The notes under the pieces: model-generated
Seen by the model: the letters and a program-made list of their open reading frames with translations, nothing else
The model's database searches: none
What the model was told of the DNA's origin: nothing
Program-made: the position numbers and the translations under genes
Shown here: positions 26,676-29,293 of the stretch, one piece after another
Numbering within the stretch: position 1 is the first letter of the stretch
Layout: every line of letters starts with the position of its first letter
DNA from: a virus
Lineage: Duplodnaviria; Caudoviricetes
Strand: one strand, 5' to 3'
DNA length: 29,293 bases
Virus record (IMG/VR): IMGVR_UViG_3300032295_004364
Location: 1 to 29,293 of that record

Positions 26676-28067
26676 ATGGCACTTAATCCCTTTTTCCTAC
26701 AAGGTTCTCCAGGAGAACAGAGACTTGTGCAAGATTTGATTAATGAGCAATTGAAAATTTATGGAGTAGATGTAATCTATATTCCCAAAAAATTTGTTAG
26801 AAAGCAAACAATAATTAAAGAAATTCAGTCCTCTAAATTTAATGATAATTATTCAATTGAAGCATATATTAACAATTATGATGGTTATAGTGGTCAAGGA
26901 GATATTCTTTCAAAGTTTGGTGTTAATTTAAAAGATGAACTTAGTTTAGTGATTTCAAAAGAAAGATTTGAAGACTTCGTATCGGCATTTTTAGAAGTAG
27001 AAAATAAAGAAGAAATAATTCTATCCTCTAGACCAAGAGAAGGTGATTTAGTATATTTTCCATTGGGGCAAAGACTTTTTGAAGTCAAGTTTGTTGAACA
27101 TGAAGTTAATTTTTACCAACTAGGAAAACTTTATATGTATGAATTAAAATGTGAATTATTTGAATATGAGGATGAGGTTATTGATACCAGTATCGATGAA
27201 ATTGATACCCAAATTAAAGATGAAGGATATATAACTACTTTACAACTTATTGGAGTAGGATCTACAGCGACAGCATCTGCAATAATAAACACCGGATATA
27301 TTAGAGAAATATTTTTAAATAATGATGGATACAATTACACTTCCAACCCAACTGTAGCAATTTCATCAGCACCATATGGTGGAATTAATGCAACTGCTGT
27401 TGCCATTACAACTACTAGATCCGGAGTTAAGTCTATAGAGTCAATCATCCTAACAAATGCTGGTGCAGGTTACACTGTTGCTCCATCTATTACAATTATT
27501 GGAGGTGGGGGCACTGGAGTTGCTGCCACTTGCTCAATTGAAACTTCATTGAATGGAATTTCTAGTTTTATAGTTACAAACCATGGTAGTGGTTATGTTA
27601 TTCCACCAATTGTAAGTATTGTGGGATCTGTTGGTGTTGGAACTAGCGGTGCGGCAGTAGCAATAATTGGAGTTGGTCAAACAGTATCCTCTCTTAGGAT
27701 CAAAAATCCTGGCGCAGGTTATATAGTTGCTCCAACTGTAACAATCGCACCACCACCAGTTCTTTCCGGAATTACAACTTATATTTTCAATGAAGAGGTA
27801 TTTGGATCTATTTCAGGCACTCGTGGTCGTGTCAAATCTTGGGACTTTGACACAAAGGTTCTTAAAGTATCTTTTGTAGATAATGCTGCAACTAAAAAGT
27901 TTTATCCTGGAGAATTACTTGTTGGATCTGCTTCGAGTGCTATTTATTTGGTCCAATCATATGACACTTGGGATCAGTATGATAAATATAGTCAAAATCT
28001 AGAAATTCAAAATGCATCTGAGGGCATTATAGATTTTTCAGAATCAAATCCATTTGGTACATTCTAA
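26676..28067 (+). CDS. gp14: Neck protein gp14 with internal repeat expansion
   Basis: Motifs EQRLVQDLINEQLKIYG, RPREGDLVYFP, FEVKFVEHE..FYQLG and C-terminal DFSESNPFG. 463 aa. Confidence 0.93.
   Translation: MALNPFFLQGSPGEQRLVQDLINEQLKIYGVDVIYIPKKFVRKQTIIKEIQSSKFNDNYSIEAYINNYDGYSGQGDILSKFGVNLKDELSLVISKERFEDFVSAFLEVENKEEIILSSRPREGDLVYFPLGQRLFEVKFVEHEVNFYQLGKLYMYELKCELFEYEDEVIDTSIDEIDTQIKDEGYITTLQLIGVGSTATASAIINTGYIREIFLNNDGYNYTSNPTVAISSAPYGGINATAVAITTTRSGVKSIESIILTNAGAGYTVAPSITIIGGGGTGVAATCSIETSLNGISSFIVTNHGSGYVIPPIVSIVGSVGVGTSGAAVAIIGVGQTVSSLRIKNPGAGYIVAPTVTIAPPPVLSGITTYIFNEEVFGSISGTRGRVKSWDFDTKVLKVSFVDNAATKKFYPGELLVGSASSAIYLVQSYDTWDQYDKYSQNLEIQNASEGIIDFSESNPFGTF
27250..27765 (+). repeat. 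Four degenerate 41-45 aa repeats inside gp14
   Basis: NDGYNYTSNPTVAI (~27321), NAGAGYTVAPSITI (~27456), NHGSGYVIPPIVSI (~27579) and NPGAGYIVAPTVTI (~27705). Confidence 0.75.
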
Positions 28068-28864
28068 TGCTTGGAACATACTATTATCACGAGATCATCA
28101 GAAGAACTGTCATTGCATTTGGCACAGTTTTCAATGAAATTTATATAAGGCATAAAGATTCTTCGGGAGATAGTATTAGTGAAATGAAGGTCAATTTGGC
28201 ATATGGACCTACTCAAAAGTTTCTTGCTAGGTTACAGCAACAACCAGAATTAAACAAACCAATTGCTATTACATTGCCAAGAATGTCATTTGAGATGACA
28301 TCTATTCAATATGATGCAACTAGAAAAGCAAATATTGCCCAAACATTTAAGGCTTCTGATGGTACTAATTTAAAAAAAGTTTATCTACCGGTCCCATACA
28401 ATATTGGATTTCAATTAAATATAATGACAAAATTGCAAGACGATGCTCTACAAATAGTTGAACAAATATTACCTTATTTTCAACCATCATTTAATCTAAC
28501 TGTAGATTTGATTGACTCAATTGGTGAAAAGAGAGATATTCCTATTGTATTAGATAATATATCATTTACTGATGATTATGAGGGAGATTTTTCGACAAGA
28601 AGAGTATTAATTTATACCCTTAACTTTACTGCAAAAACTTATCTCTTTGGTCCGATTGCAGAATCTACGGATGGTCTCATTCGTAAAGTGCAGGTTGATT
28701 ATTACAATTCAACTGATGTAGCAACTGCAAAAAGAGAAATGAGATATACACTCACTCCAGATCCCATTGATGCAAATCCAGATGATGATTTTGGGTTTAA
28801 TGAAACTTGGCAAAGTTTTGAGGACTCTAAAACTTATAGTCCAACACAACAAAGGGATATTTGA
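28067..28864 (+). CDS. gp15: Tail sheath stabiliser / tail terminator gp15
   Basis: Motifs YYHEIIRRTVIAFGTVFN, LAYGPTQKFLAR, LPRMSFE, PVPYN and QIVEQILPYFQP. Confidence 0.95.
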   Translation: MLGTYYYHEIIRRTVIAFGTVFNEIYIRHKDSSGDSISEMKVNLAYGPTQKFLARLQQQPELNKPIAITLPRMSFEMTSIQYDATRKANIAQTFKASDGTNLKKVYLPVPYNIGFQLNIMTKLQDDALQIVEQILPYFQPSFNLTVDLIDSIGEKRDIPIVLDNISFTDDYEGDFSTRRVLIYTLNFTAKTYLFGPIAESTDGLIRKVQVDYYNSTDVATAKREMRYTLTPDPIDANPDDDFGFNETWQSFEDSKTYSPTQQRDI

Positions 28865-28870
28865 CATAGT

Positions 28871-29293
28871 ATGAGTAATACATTTGACAGTTTAGATTCT
28901 GCTCTTAATATTGAAAGTAATATTGTTGAAGTGGAAAAAGTAAAGGAGGAATTAAAAATATCCCCCCTAAAGGTGGATGATATCCACAAAGATTATGAAT
29001 ATACCCGAGCAAATCTTTATTCTTTAATTGAAAAGGGGCAAGAAGCAATTAATGGGATAATGGAACTTGCCGGAGAAGGTGGAAGTCCAAGAGCGTATGA
29101 AGTTGCTGGACAGTTAATTAAGAATGTTGGAGATGTGACAGATAAACTTATAGATTTACAGAAAAAACTTAAAGATGTTGAAGAAGACACAGTAAAAACT
29201 ACAAATAATGTGACAAACAACGCAGTTTTTGTTGGATCAACTTCAGAGTTATCAAAATTACTCAAGCAAGGTTTTCTAAATAATAAAGAGTAA
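28871..29293 (+). CDS. gp16: Terminase small subunit gp16
   Basis: Motifs DYEYTRANLYSLIEKG, SPRAYEVAGQLIK and NNAVFVGSTSEL. Follows gp15. Confidence 0.93.
   Translation: MSNTFDSLDSALNIESNIVEVEKVKEELKISPLKVDDIHKDYEYTRANLYSLIEKGQEAINGIMELAGEGGSPRAYEVAGQLIKNVGDVTDKLIDLQKKLKDVEEDTVKTTNNVTNNAVFVGSTSELSKLLKQGFLNNKE
29276..29282 (+). promoter_or_regulatory. Possible late promoter variant (CTAAATA) at the end of gp16
   Basis: TAAATA core near the stop codon, a placement similar to the other late promoters here. The downstream gene lies outside the window. Confidence 0.35.

Noticed and set aside
1141-29265. All minus-strand ORFs in the track (60-104 aa)
   Set aside because: Each lies inside a well-supported plus-strand gene, has no recognisable motif, and is the expected antisense shadow of codon bias.
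1-29293. tRNA, rRNA, CRISPR arrays, transposases and homing endonucleases
   Set aside because: None seen. The window is almost fully coding and the longest gap is 67 nt.

Overview
AT-rich (roughly 30% GC by eye) segment of a T4-like myovirus of the cyanomyovirus type. All credible genes lie on the + strand, tightly packed, with T4-type late promoters. Gene order: 3' end of a possible ATP-grasp-like ORF, S-adenosylmethionine decarboxylase (speD), an 80-aa hypothetical behind a structured leader, baseplate gp25, gp6, a giant gp7-like protein (4147 aa), gp8, VrlC-like protein (2431 aa), two small ORFs, a small structural protein, a mini fibre-like ORF, neck gp13 and gp14, tail terminator gp15 and small terminase gp16. 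Main observations: (1) a 59-aa ORF missed by the ORF track (24858-25037) resembles the phycobilisome-degradation adaptor NblA; (2) a two-hairpin leader with competing SD/anti-SD pairings at 620-675 could be a riboregulator; (3) a ~245-aa LamG/ConA-like module appears inserted in frame in gp7; (4) gp7 carries a split, degenerate YHYH domain and a tandem triplicate of a fibre-tip-like domain. Family assignments come from recalled motifs and synteny, not database searches.
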